Shown here piece after piece: positions 50,892 to 62,025 of a stretch of 64,000 bases of DNA; positions within the stretch are counted from its first letter, which is position 1; each line of letters opens with the position of its first letter. Both the position numbers and the translations under genes were made by a program. The stretch is from assembly GCF_006345805.1 (NCBI RefSeq), contig NC_043004.1, forward strand, positions 40,982,001-41,046,000, read 5' to 3'. Origin of the DNA: Octopus sinensis. Its lineage: Eukaryota. The notes below the pieces were generated by a model. The model saw only the letters and a program-made list of their open reading frames with translations, was not told the origin of the DNA and searched no databases.

Positions 50892-52329
50892 CTATAAGAG
50901 ATTTACATCTTGCCCAGTCGAACCGTTTGCCCAGTCAGTGACGCTTCATTCAAACTTGATCAGGCCGCCTACATATAGTGAAGATTACATGTAACTGCTG
51001 TATAAATAACGATGAGTGATACGTGTGTCAACGATGTCGTTTGACATGCTAAGAATAGCAACCAAAATTTACTCAATCACAATCCTACCATCCTTTTTAA
51101 CAAGGACACTTACCCACCATTAAAGCATCCAATTTATTTTTAATTTACAATGTTACCTTCGTTTCCGATCTAATAACTGACGTTTTGAGCCTCATTTAAA
51201 CATTCCAAACAGGCGCTATTGAGGCCTAATTTTCTGACGAGACTAAATACGTCGAGATAACACAATACATCACTTGTTTCAATCGTTATACTGTGGCCAT
51301 GCTGGGGCACCGCCTTGATGGGTTCAGCCGAACAAATTGATCCCAGTATTTATCTTCTTTTTTAGCCTGGTACTTATTTGAGCGGTTATTAAAGCTGGCG
51401 AGCTGGAAGGATTGTTAGCATGTTGGGAAGAAAATGGTTAGTGGCTTTTCTTTCGACTCTTTACATTCAATTCAAATTCTGCCGAGGTCGACTTTGCCTT
51501 TCATCCTTTCAGAGTCAATAGAATAAATAACAGTTGAGTACAGCTGTCCTATGTAATTGACTTACCTTTCCCTTAAAATTCCAAGCCTTGTGTCAAAATT
51601 CAGAAATAATAATAATAATTATCATTATTATTGCGGAGCTCTCAGCAACCCTATGTGCGATGAGGTACACCTTCCGAACCGCTGCCTTGGGGTATGAATT
51701 ACAGAGATCTGGCTGGTATTTCTGAGCGACTACGTAGAGGGTCCTTCATTGGCTCGTTGCATGGTGAGTATTTGTCTTTGGGCATAAATTTCTACCACCA
51801 ACTGCGCTGCTAATTTGCAGATATAATTTTTATTTTATCCTATTTTACGAAGGCGGCAAGCTGGCAGAGTCGATAGTGGTATTTCGCCCGTCGCTACGTT
51901 TTGAGTTCAAATTCCGCCGTGGTGGACTCTGCCTTTCATCCTTTCGGGGTCGATTAAATAAGTACCTATTTCTTTATAACCCACAAGGGGCTAAACATAG
52001 AGGGGACAAACAAGGACAGACATAGGTATTAAGTCGATTACATCGACCCCAGTGCGTAACTGGTGCTTAATTTATCGACCCCCGAAAGGATGAAAGGCAA
52101 AGTCGACCTCGGCGGAATTTGAACTCACAACGTAACGGCAGACGAAATACTGCCAAGCATTTCGCCCGGCGTGTTAACGCTTCTGCCAGCTCGCCGCCTT
52201 CCATTAAATAAGTACCAATTACGCATTGGGGTCGATATAATCGACTTAATCCCTTCCTCCAAATTTGAGTCCCTGTGCTTTGCAGGAGAAAAGATTTTAT
52301 CCTTTCTTTTTAATGCTAGTATTTAGTGC

Positions 52330-53280
52330 CTGGGAGAAGAAACAGCGGCCATGATATATCAGAAAGATATGAGCAAGGAGAGTACTGTAGAGGCCCAACG
52401 TTCTGAAGGGGAATGGCTGAGTATAGTGGGTAGTGCAGAGCCTTAGTAGTAGGATACAAGAAGGATGAGAAGAGGAAAGACGAGTTAGTTGAGATTACCT
52501 GAGTAAACTGAGACCGGCCAGTCCCGAGGAACGGAAGCTATTGTAATACCAGTAGAAAAGGCTAAGAGAGGAGAGATAGCATGCCTGTAGTCCAGAGGCT
52601 GAAATATGTTATAGTAGCTATGTTAATCAGTCTAAAGGCCTTTCTCTGGATGAAGCACTTATAGGATGTCTCTGTGCAAAACAGTAGTAGGACAGAAGGC
52701 GGCGAGCTGGCAGAAACGTTAGCACGGCGGGTGAAATGCTTAGCGGTATTTCGTTTGCCACTACGTTCTGAGTTCAAATTCCGCCGAGGTCGACTTTGCT
52801 TTTCACCCTTTCGGGGTCGATTAAATAAGTACGAGTTACGCACTGGGGTCGATGTAATTGACTTAATCCGTTTGTCTGTCCTTGTTTGTACCTTCTGTGT
52901 TTAGTCCCTTGTGGGTAGTAAAGAAATAGGACGGAAACAGGTGTAGGAGTAATACATTTTTTGCAGGGCTTTCTGATTTGTAGAGTCAGTATTTGTGGGC
53001 TGATATTTTGGCCTTGAAGAGAAGGGTCAGTCTTTGGAATACTACCGTAAATATTTTGAAGATGTGTTTTCGTCGAGCGAGTTCCTCAGTGCCTAACATT
53101 AACAGTGACCGTGGGGGCTCTAGTTGAGTGCTACTCATGATCAAGGGGGATGTAGTGTGATGATGTCTTGATTTGAGTGGCATTTGTGCTTCTTTGCTTT
53201 TGAAAGAGACAAATTTGGTATATTACCCCATCTGGGGGGCTTCTTTCGACTACTCCGTTCATAGAACCAGCGCAGGTTTA
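52330..53280 (-). mobile_element. Degraded L2/Crack-like LINE C-terminus interrupted by a family B SINE (52698-52927)
   Basis: Minus strand IQRKAFRLIN...AISPLSLFYWYYNS...TRLSSSHP...RTLGL. SINE TSD AGGAC(A/G)GAA at 52689-97 and 52928-36. Confidence 0.65.
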
Positions 53281-54080
53281 GCATGAGGTGTGTAGGTTTG
53301 GCGTGGATAAAAAAAAAGTTAGGAAAATTTATGGGAAAATGAAGGGTTGTATCCTCTGTATAAGAGACGGTGTTTATGAACGTGACGGCAAGTAGATTGT
53401 TGATATACAGAAGAGGACAAAAACAAAAAAAAACAAAACTACATGCTAATTAACCTGGGGTGAGCCCTCACCAAGCAAACCTATGATTAATAGCAACCTA
53501 TGACTATTCTGGCACACCGCCCTGAAGGGGTTTAGTCATACAAATACACCCCCAGATCTTATTTTCTAAGCATAGTACTTATTCTATCGGTCTCTTTTGC
53601 CGAATTGCCAGGTTACAGGGATGTAAACACACCAACGCTGGTTGTCAAGTGGTGACGGAGGGGGGGGGGGGAAACATACATATATGATGGCCTTCTTTCA
53701 GTTTCCGTCTACCAAATCCGCTCACAAAGATTTAGTCGGCCCGAGGTTATAGAAGACACTTGCCCAAGGTGCCACGCAGTGGGACTGAACCCGGAAATCA
53801 TAATTGGAAAGCACGCTTAACACACAGCTATACCTTTCTTTTCTTTTCTTTTCTTGCTAGCCAGTGCAATCTAAGACCTCATTATCAAATTCAAGGGTAT
53901 TTTAGCTACTAGTAAATTCTAGCACATCGAGCGACCACGTCGTAATTAATACGAAAAGAATCAGTCCGTGCAGCAGGTCCAAGGGAGATAACTGCGATTT
54001 CAACTACGATCTATGAACATAGCTTCAGAGTGTCAATGAAATTAAGAAAAATGGGGGAAATATTAAAATAGAGACGGATG

Positions 54081-54497
54081 GGATCTTTTCGGTTTGACCG
54101 GCAGTTTTTTTCTAGCGGTGTCATATGAAATTGTCACCCATAATTATGACCCTAGTATCGATCTATTGCATTTCAATGTTTTAGGGTTAGGGTTATGGGT
54201 GGGGGGAAGGGTATCTTTTTTCTTCACAAATGTAAATAAACCCAATCTGTTTCTTAAACGAGGGACATATTCATACGACACAGAATGTTTTTTACCTCAA
54301 TAGACGTCAGTGATTGGTTGAAATTGCAGAAATTGAAGAAAAAAAACAACAAATATCTTACAAACTATAGAATTTTTTCAATAAAGCCAAGAGAAAAATA
54401 TGTTTTATAAACAACATTCTACCAGTATACGAAGTTTAAAATTTTTTTAGTTACCTAGAAATTATGTTAAAAACTGCCATTCAAACCGAAAAGATCC
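54081..54497. mobile_element. GGATC-ended MITE, 8-bp TSD (neighbour at 54737-55147 has 7-bp AATGTTT)
   Basis: GACGGATG at 54073-80 and 54498-505. Confidence 0.92.
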
Positions 54498-55934
54498 GAC
54501 GGATGTTGGATACTGGGAAGTTAGTTTGTCGGCCACGTGATTCCAGGTTCAGCCCCACACTGCAGCACGTTAGGTAAGTCTTCCACTTGTGTCCAGCATT
54601 TTGTTAGTGGAAATGGATGGACAGGAATAGCGTTAGACCAGACTTGCTTGTCTTCGTGGACTCCAAGTAGGACAGTTTTATTACGCCCAACTTCTGGGTT
54701 TTTTTTTTCTTTTCTTTTTCTCATAGTCAAATGTTTGGATCTTTTCGGTTTGAACGGCAGTTTTTAACATAATTTCTAGGTAACTAAAAAATGTTAAACT
54801 TCGTATACTGGTAGAATGTGTTTATAAAACATCTTTTTCTCTTGGCTTTATTGAGAAAATTCTATAGTTTGTAAGATATTTGTTGATTTTTTGTCTTCAA
54901 TTTCTGCAATTTCAACCAATAAATGACGTCCATTGAGGTAAAAAGCATTCTGTCCCGTATGAATATGTCCCTCGTTTAAGAAACAAATTGGGTTTATTTA
55001 CATTTGTGAAGAAAAAAAGATACCCTTCCCCCACCCCTAACCCTAAAACAGATTGAAATGCAATAGATCGATACTAGGGTCATAATTATGGGTGACAATT
55101 TCATATGACACCGCTAGGAAAAACTGCCATTCAAACCGAAAAGATCCAATGTTTTTCTAGTATACTTACTTCATGCCCATCCTGACATTATTTCTTTCAG
55201 GAAAAAAAAAGAGCGGGGGGATATTTTCTTTAAATTAATTTTCTACAGATAAGCAAGCACAGCTGTGTGGTAAGAAGCTCGCTTCCTAACCAAAGCCTTG
55301 TAATTAGATCTGGTACACGGAAACTGAAAGAAGTCAGTTGTGTATCTATCTATCTATCTAGTGCGTGTCCCGACACCGCTTGACAACCGATGTTGGTTTG
55401 TTTACGCCCCCGTAACTTAGCAGTTCGGCAAGAGACCGATACAATAAATAACTTAAATATAAGATAAGTACTGGGGTCGATTATTTCAACTAAAATTCCT
55501 CAAGGCTGTGTCCCAGCATGGCTGCAGTCTTATGACTGAAACAAGGGATACCCTATCAGATAGTGGGGTGAGAGAAGTTTCGGATAATTCACACGAGACG
55601 CTTTCTGTTTCTTCATAATTTACCCTGCCACCCAAAGTACTTTCTAATAAAATTTTCTACAAATACATTTTAGATGCTGTTGACTGCGACAATATCGGAA
55701 TTTGTAAGAGAATACAGTGCTCAGGTGCACCACAACTTGTCAGAAAGTGCATATAAAGTACATGCAGTAATGTAGAAATGTCTGGAAAGCGAACAATGTA
55801 TGAGTCAGATACATGCTTGTGTGTGTATGGAGGGAAGAAAATCAAGTGTAGTGTTGGCGAATCTCAGGAAGCATGGAAGTTTTGAAGGATGCAGTGCTCC
55901 GACAACTAACAAAATGTGGTAGGCGCGCACACAT

Positions 55935-56425
55935 ACCGTAAATCCTTGAGAATATAATCTGCATGTTTTCCCCAAAATTTATAGGTCAAAATCCCTAGTG
56001 CATCCTACATATGAAGTTAAAAATGAAAAGTGTTTTCTAAGCAATGTCCGAGTCTCTATTTGCTGCCCGGCAATGTTTATTCAAACGCATTTTGTGATGT
56101 CGGGCGCAAAAATACCTTAAGCTAAGCCTGAAAGCAATGAAGTCATAAAAGAATCATCCATAACTTGCAATAAGCAACATTTATTAAACGTTATTACTGT
56201 TATTTCTTTATTTTCTGCAAACAAAATGCACAAAAAAGCTACACGTTTGCATTATGTTACATATACAACAATAAGAAAAGGACGTTACTGTATACATTTT
56301 TACAAACCAAGGATGTTATATAAACCTCCTTGACTCGTGTTAGAGAAGGAGTGCGTATTATACACAAGGTTTAGGTTTTTCAGAGGTACAGCCCCCTAAA
56401 AATCCCCTTCGTATTATACTCAAGG
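55935..56425. mobile_element. Possible pogo/Tc1-type non-autonomous element
   Basis: TA|CCGTAAATCCTTGAGAATATA start. Only a partial mirrored end (CGTATTATACTCAAGG). Confidence 0.4.
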
Positions 56426-56908
56426 TGATCACTTCTGGTTCAGATAAAAAAAATTTTTTTAAATCAGGAAAGGCATCAGAACCAAAGATTCTGCCCAAAA
56501 TCAATTATGTACCTCTATTTTTCAAGAAATATAGAACTGATTGAACATTAAAATGGGTTTTAAAACCACATCTCAACCCCTGAGGGATGGTAAACATTAA
56601 TTTCCACAGGATTTGAACTGAGAATGAAAAAGAAAAAAATACTGTTTGCAGATTATCCAATTACTTCTGTGAACTAATCCTCCCGTGGAAGTATGATTAG
56701 TAAAGACAAAATAAAAATAATAAGAAAAAAAAAAGGAATTTATTTCAAGAATACACAACTCACACATATAACTAAAAATAAATATATATATAAAAAAAAA
56801 AAAAATCACCGGTGGGAATAATATAAAAGATAGTTTGAAAAAACAAATAATATTTATTTAAAGTATAATAACAAAATACTGATGATTTATTTATAATGAA
56901 CATGATAG

Positions 56909-57256
56909 GGATCTTTTCGGTTTGAACAGCAGTTTTTTCTAGCGGTGTCATATGAAATTGTCACCCATAATTATGACCCTAGTATCGATCTATTGCATTT
57001 AAATCAATTTTAGGGTTAGGAGTGGGTATCTTTTTTTTCTTCACAAATGTAAATAAACCCAATCTGTTTCTTGAACGAGGGACATATTCATACGGCACAT
57101 GTTTTTTTTTTTTTACCTCAATAGACGTCAGTGATTGGTTAAAATTGTAGAAATTGAAGAAAAAAACAACAAATATCTTACAAACTATAGAATTTTCTCA
57201 ATTTTTTAGTTACCTAGAAATTATGTTAAAAACTGCCGTTCAAACCAAAAAGATCC
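56909..57256. mobile_element. GGATC-MITE (internally deleted) flanked by a 51-bp direct duplication
   Basis: 56858-56908 repeated at 57257-57307 with one mismatch. Confidence 0.88.
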
Positions 57257-57609
57257 TTAAAGTATAATAACAAAATACTGATGATTTATTTATAATGAAC
57301 ATAATAGTTTACAGTAACAAAAGAAATCTAGCAGAAAAGCAAACTGGTGTCAAATTCTTTGACAAATAATAGTCAATGTCAAAATAAAAATAGAATAAAA
57401 AAAAATTGCAGAGTTTTCGTGGAAAAGATATACACCCTGAAAAAGGTTTGTTCCAGAGGTGAATCAAAACTACAAGCTAATCAAACAGTTTACAAGGGTA
57501 ACTAGTAGTTACAATGAAATGGACTGGATCATTGAGAGAAGTGTCTTTGGTTGCTATTTTCGCTGGTCAAGCACCATGTTGGTTGGTAAGAATAGGAAGT
57601 ATATTACAG

Positions 57610-57970
57610 TGTGAGTGAGTGATTGTCAGTGTGAGTGAATGAGTGAGTGTGATCGTCAGAGTGAGTGAGTGAGTGAGTGTGACTGTCAGAGTGAGTGTGA
57701 CTGTCAGAGTGAGTGTGATCATCAGATTGAGTGAGTGAGTGTGATCGTCAGTGTGAGTGAGTGAGTGTGATCGTCAGTGTGAGTGAGTGAGTGTGATCGT
57801 CAGTGTGAGTGAGTGAGTGTGATCGTCAGAGTGAGTGAGTGAGTGTGATCGTCAGAGTGAGTGAGTTAGTGAGTGTGATCGTCAGAGTGAGTGAGTGAGT
57901 GTGATCATCAGTGTGAGTGAGTGAGTGTGATCGTCAAAGTGAGTGAGTGAGTGCATGTGATCGTCAGTGA
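57610..57970. repeat. GTGATCGTCAG(T/A)GT(GAGT)n minisatellite, ~22-30-bp units
   Basis: About 14 variable units visible. Confidence 0.9.
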
Positions 57971-58635
57971 TTGCCTGCATGCTTGTGTGATCATGTGTAT
58001 GTGAGCATGACTGAATGCATGTGGTAAGAAAAAAAAAAGTTGTAGGCATGGCTGTGTGGTAAGAGTTTACTTTCCAACCCCATAGTTCCAAGTTCAGTCC
58101 CACTGTGTGGCACCTTGGGTGTTTTCTACTATAGCCTTGGGCTAACCAAAGCTTTATGAGTGGATTTGGCAGATGGAAACTGAAAGAAACTCATCATGTG
58201 TGTGTGTGTGCGCGCGCATGTCTGTGTCTATGTTTATCCACCCCCACCACCGTTTGACACATCCATGTTGGTGTTTTAGGAGCTGGAGTCGGTGAAAATT
58301 GGTTAACTCTGACTCCTCAAAAATATTATACTGAGAGTCAAGATCATTGAAAAGGTTGCAAGACACAACGAAAATTTTAGGAAAATAAAAATAAGGAATA
58401 AGTGAAAATTTTTCCAGTGAGTGTGTTAAATTATAAGGCACAAAAAGAAAACGACTCTCCCCAGACACAACAGAATATGCTTCAACACACGAACTCACAT
58501 AAAGAATCTTGCAAACCAAATCAAAAAATGAAATATTATACTGTTTATTTGATAGAAAATACATAGTTTATTTAATTATTATTTATAATAGAACATAATC
58601 AAATGAACTAAACAACGATAGAAGTGTCTGTAAGT

Positions 58636-58830
58636 ATTGCAGATCCGTGGAATAAGCTGCAGGACGAGATAGTGAAGATGCTGACGACTGCTCGGTTCAA
58701 AGTCTCTCTCGACCAGAAATGGCCTGAACTCTTTGTATGACCACCCTCCCTGTACATAACTCCCTGTCCCCCTACATGGCCTTGCTTTTGGTTTTTGAGC
58801 CAATAAAAATTGAATTGAATTGAATTGAAT
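58636..58830 (+). mobile_element. CR1 3' end, same family as 7401-7752 but with an (AATTG)n tail
   Basis: ADPWNKLQDEIVKMLTTARFKVSLDQKWPELFV* and a matching 3' UTR. Confidence 0.85.
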
Positions 58831-59713
58831 ATTCAAATTAAGAATTAGCTGTACACTATAAATTACATTCAGAATTAATAATGACAAGATCATGCAAATA
58901 TAGTGGACTGCATCAGAGCCAACTGTAATAAGTGTAATCTGCAATCATTTTGCATGAGCCGTGAATTGCATCACCTTGGCTAAGGCGAATGGTTTCTGCT
59001 GCACATATTGCATCATCTTTCAAATTGAAAGACAATGTGCACAAACAACCTATGAAGTTTACATTTGAAGATTGTTAAATGAAGTGTTTCAATCCAAAAG
59101 AACTAAATCAAGGGAAACTTTTATGAATGTATTCTTTTACATGTAAAATCTTTTGTAGGATTCATCATGGCAAACAATAGAACACATCTCATTCTCTAAG
59201 TTAGGATCAACAAAGATAAGAATGAACATGGACGACTAAGATAGAGAATGTTAAATCCAGACTAGACTGCAATGGACTACGAAAATAAAATTGTAAAAAA
59301 GAAAGTAGCATTCAAAGTTTCTGTACCAAATTATTCAGCTACTGTTGAAAGTATCTAAAAGATACTAGATAGTCATTTACAATGATAATTTGATTCTGTT
59401 TCTTGCATTTTGGGTGTTAAAATTTTGAAGAAAATTTTTTTATTTTCAGTATAATTCTTTAATATCAATGTGTATTCAATCCTAATTTTGTGACAATATA
59501 TATCATATTATAATTCTGCTTGTTCCTGTCTTCATCGTCTCTCTCTCTCTCTATAACGACATTTGACAGCTTCCACTATCTTTCCCCCGCCACCTGTCAC
59601 TCTTTCTCCCACCACCTCCCTCTCTTTCTGTATGTCTGTCTGCATTCATAGAGACTTTTATTATTGCCACCACCACTTCCACACAATCATGAGAACAAAT
59701 ATTATGAATAGTC

Positions 59714-60335
59714 TGTAAGAATTAGCACTTCCTTCTCTAAGCCTAGATTTGAAATCTAGTTCAACTGGACAAGTGATGACCTAAATAAGCACTGTTTCTG
59801 TTGCGATATGTCTGTTTTTCTAGCTGTCACTAATATTATAAATACAAGGGGGAAAACAGAGAAAAGGACAATCGCAGCAGAGACACGGCAGCAGACAGAT
59901 CTATCTCGCCCCAAGTTTTTGGCAGACGACAGACAGAGAGAAATGCTCACAGTGTCTATCGACTACTGTTTTGAATGAAACACACAAACATATATGTGCT
60001 CTATACAAGCAATTCGTAGCATTTGCTTACATTTGTATGTAGTGTACTTATAACCCTGTAAATAAATTCTTTTTAATCATGAAACGGTTTATATATTTGT
60101 TTACATACACACATATCCACTACATTTAGTGACCCCGTCAAACGAATTGCAGCCTTCCCCGGAACCAGCTTCATCAACCGCGTTGAAGAATTACAGCTTG
60201 CACATCACCCTACAATAAAACATTTAAGAACTCCAACGAATACAATCCAGCGGCCAACTTAATACCTCCGATTGACATGGCATTCCAAGCGGCGATTTCC
60301 TTGAAAATTCCACCATTCTGGACCCACGACCCTGC
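59714..60335 (+). mobile_element. Probable Gypsy 5' LTR + PBS + gag start
   Basis: TGTA...CTACA bounded ~410-bp segment (59714-60124) with TATAAATA and AATAAA. Followed by TTAGTGACCCC (one base off the TGGTGACCCC PBS) and an ORF start MAFQAAISLKIPPFWTHDP resembling the Gypsy gag KLPPFW..DP motif. Confidence 0.55.
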
Positions 60336-61990
60336 AACCAGCTTTTCAACTCTTTCTCCTTTCCTCCCGGCTCCTCCAAAATACTTTTTACTATGGACAT
60401 CCAGAGCCTCTATACCGTCATCCCTCACCACAAAGGACTGTGGGCACTTCAACACTTTCTCTACCTCCGCCCCAACCCTGAACCCGACACCTCCACACTC
60501 ATACGTCTGGCCGAACTTGTCCTTTCTCTTAACTGCTTCTCATTCGCGGGTGAGTTCTACCAACAGGTCTCGGGAGTGGCCATGGGAACGCGAATGGGCC
60601 CCAACTATGCGAACCTGTTTGTTGGCTATGTTGAGGCCCAAATATTCTCTAATTTCACTGGTCCCACTCCCGAACAATACGGTCGTTACATTGATGACAT
60701 TATCGGTGCCACCTCACTCTCCCGGGAACATCTAGATTCCTTCCTCTCTTTCGTTCAATCCTTCCATCCTGCCCTCCACTTCACCTCCACTATCTCCTAC
60801 ACCTCTGTCTCCTTCCTCGACATTTCGGTCAGCATTCATCACTCCACTCTTACCACCTCCATTCACTACAAACACAGACTCACACTCATACCTAAACTTC
60901 TCTTCCTCCCACCCCAAACACACTAAGCTTTCCATCCCCTATTCCTCCATCTACGTAGACCTCTTGGTCCACAGCTTCTTCCTTCACCGTACCTCCCAAC
61001 ATGGCTTGTTCCCCTGCTCCCGCCCACGTTGCCGCACTTGCCCTTACCTCTCCAACACCACCCTCCTCATTGGCACCCATCATCGACCCTATCGCATCCT
61101 CGACTCCTTCACCTGCACTTACAGCAATATCATCTGTTGCATATCCTGCTCTCTCTGCCATTCCCTGTACATCGGACAAACGGGACACCACTTGCCTGAC
61201 CGGTTCGCGGAATACCTCCGAGACATCAGCCTTGCCAACGATACACCAGTCTCATGCCATTTCCGCTCCACCAGTCACTCCTTGGAACACCTGTCTGTTC
61301 GGATTGTCCTTGCACAGAGGCCATCCGGATTCCCGTTTGCGCCGTGAACAGGGATTAATCTTCTATCTTCGCTCTTTTACGCCATTTGGTCTCAACTCTC
61401 CCCCCCTTTCATCTAACCCACCCCGACTCCTACTTCTCTTCAGTCCTTCATCTCTTCACCCCTACTCTCTTTCCCCCCTCTTCCCTTCTTCCTTCTTCTC
61501 CCCCTTCCTCCCTTTTCTTCTTCCCTCTCTCTTTCTCTCTGCTCCCTCACTCCCCTCCTCCTCCTCTCCCCCACACCACACTACACTACACCATACGACA
61601 TTACACATCACATCATACACATGTCCAAACCACCAGCCCTCTTCCACATGCACATACATACTCTCTTATGCACACATGCACCTTCAGGTTGGAGTGAGGT
61701 CATTTGACCCTGTTATCTCCCCTACTGTCCCTCTAGCATCTAACGTCTGACCTCTAACGTTTGACCTCCGATCTCTGACTTCTGAAATCAGAACGCCATG
61801 TTGGATCGTTAGCCCCTACACGCAATTTTTTTTCTCTCCTTGTTTCTTTTCTGTGTATCTTTCTGTCAAAGAGCGTAGGCTCGAAACGTAAAAGACTTGT
61901 TTTATTTCTATTCCTGAGCGCCATACTAATACATTATTTGTTTGTACTCCACCTGCCTTCGTCTTTTGTTTATTTTCATAAACCTTCCGT
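60336..61990 (+). mobile_element. 5'-truncated Penelope-like element (RT + GIY-YIG), probably Neptune-type, frameshifted
   Basis: FTMDIQSLYTVIPH, YQQVSGVAMGTRMGPNYANLF, YGRYIDDI (RT). CSRPRCRTCP Cys linker. NIICCISCSLCHSLYIGQTG..L..RF.E (GIY-YIG-like). Terminal repeat 61770-61990 with hammerhead fold. Confidence 0.9.
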
Positions 61991-62024
<34 letters not shown>

Positions 62025-62025
<1 letters not shown>

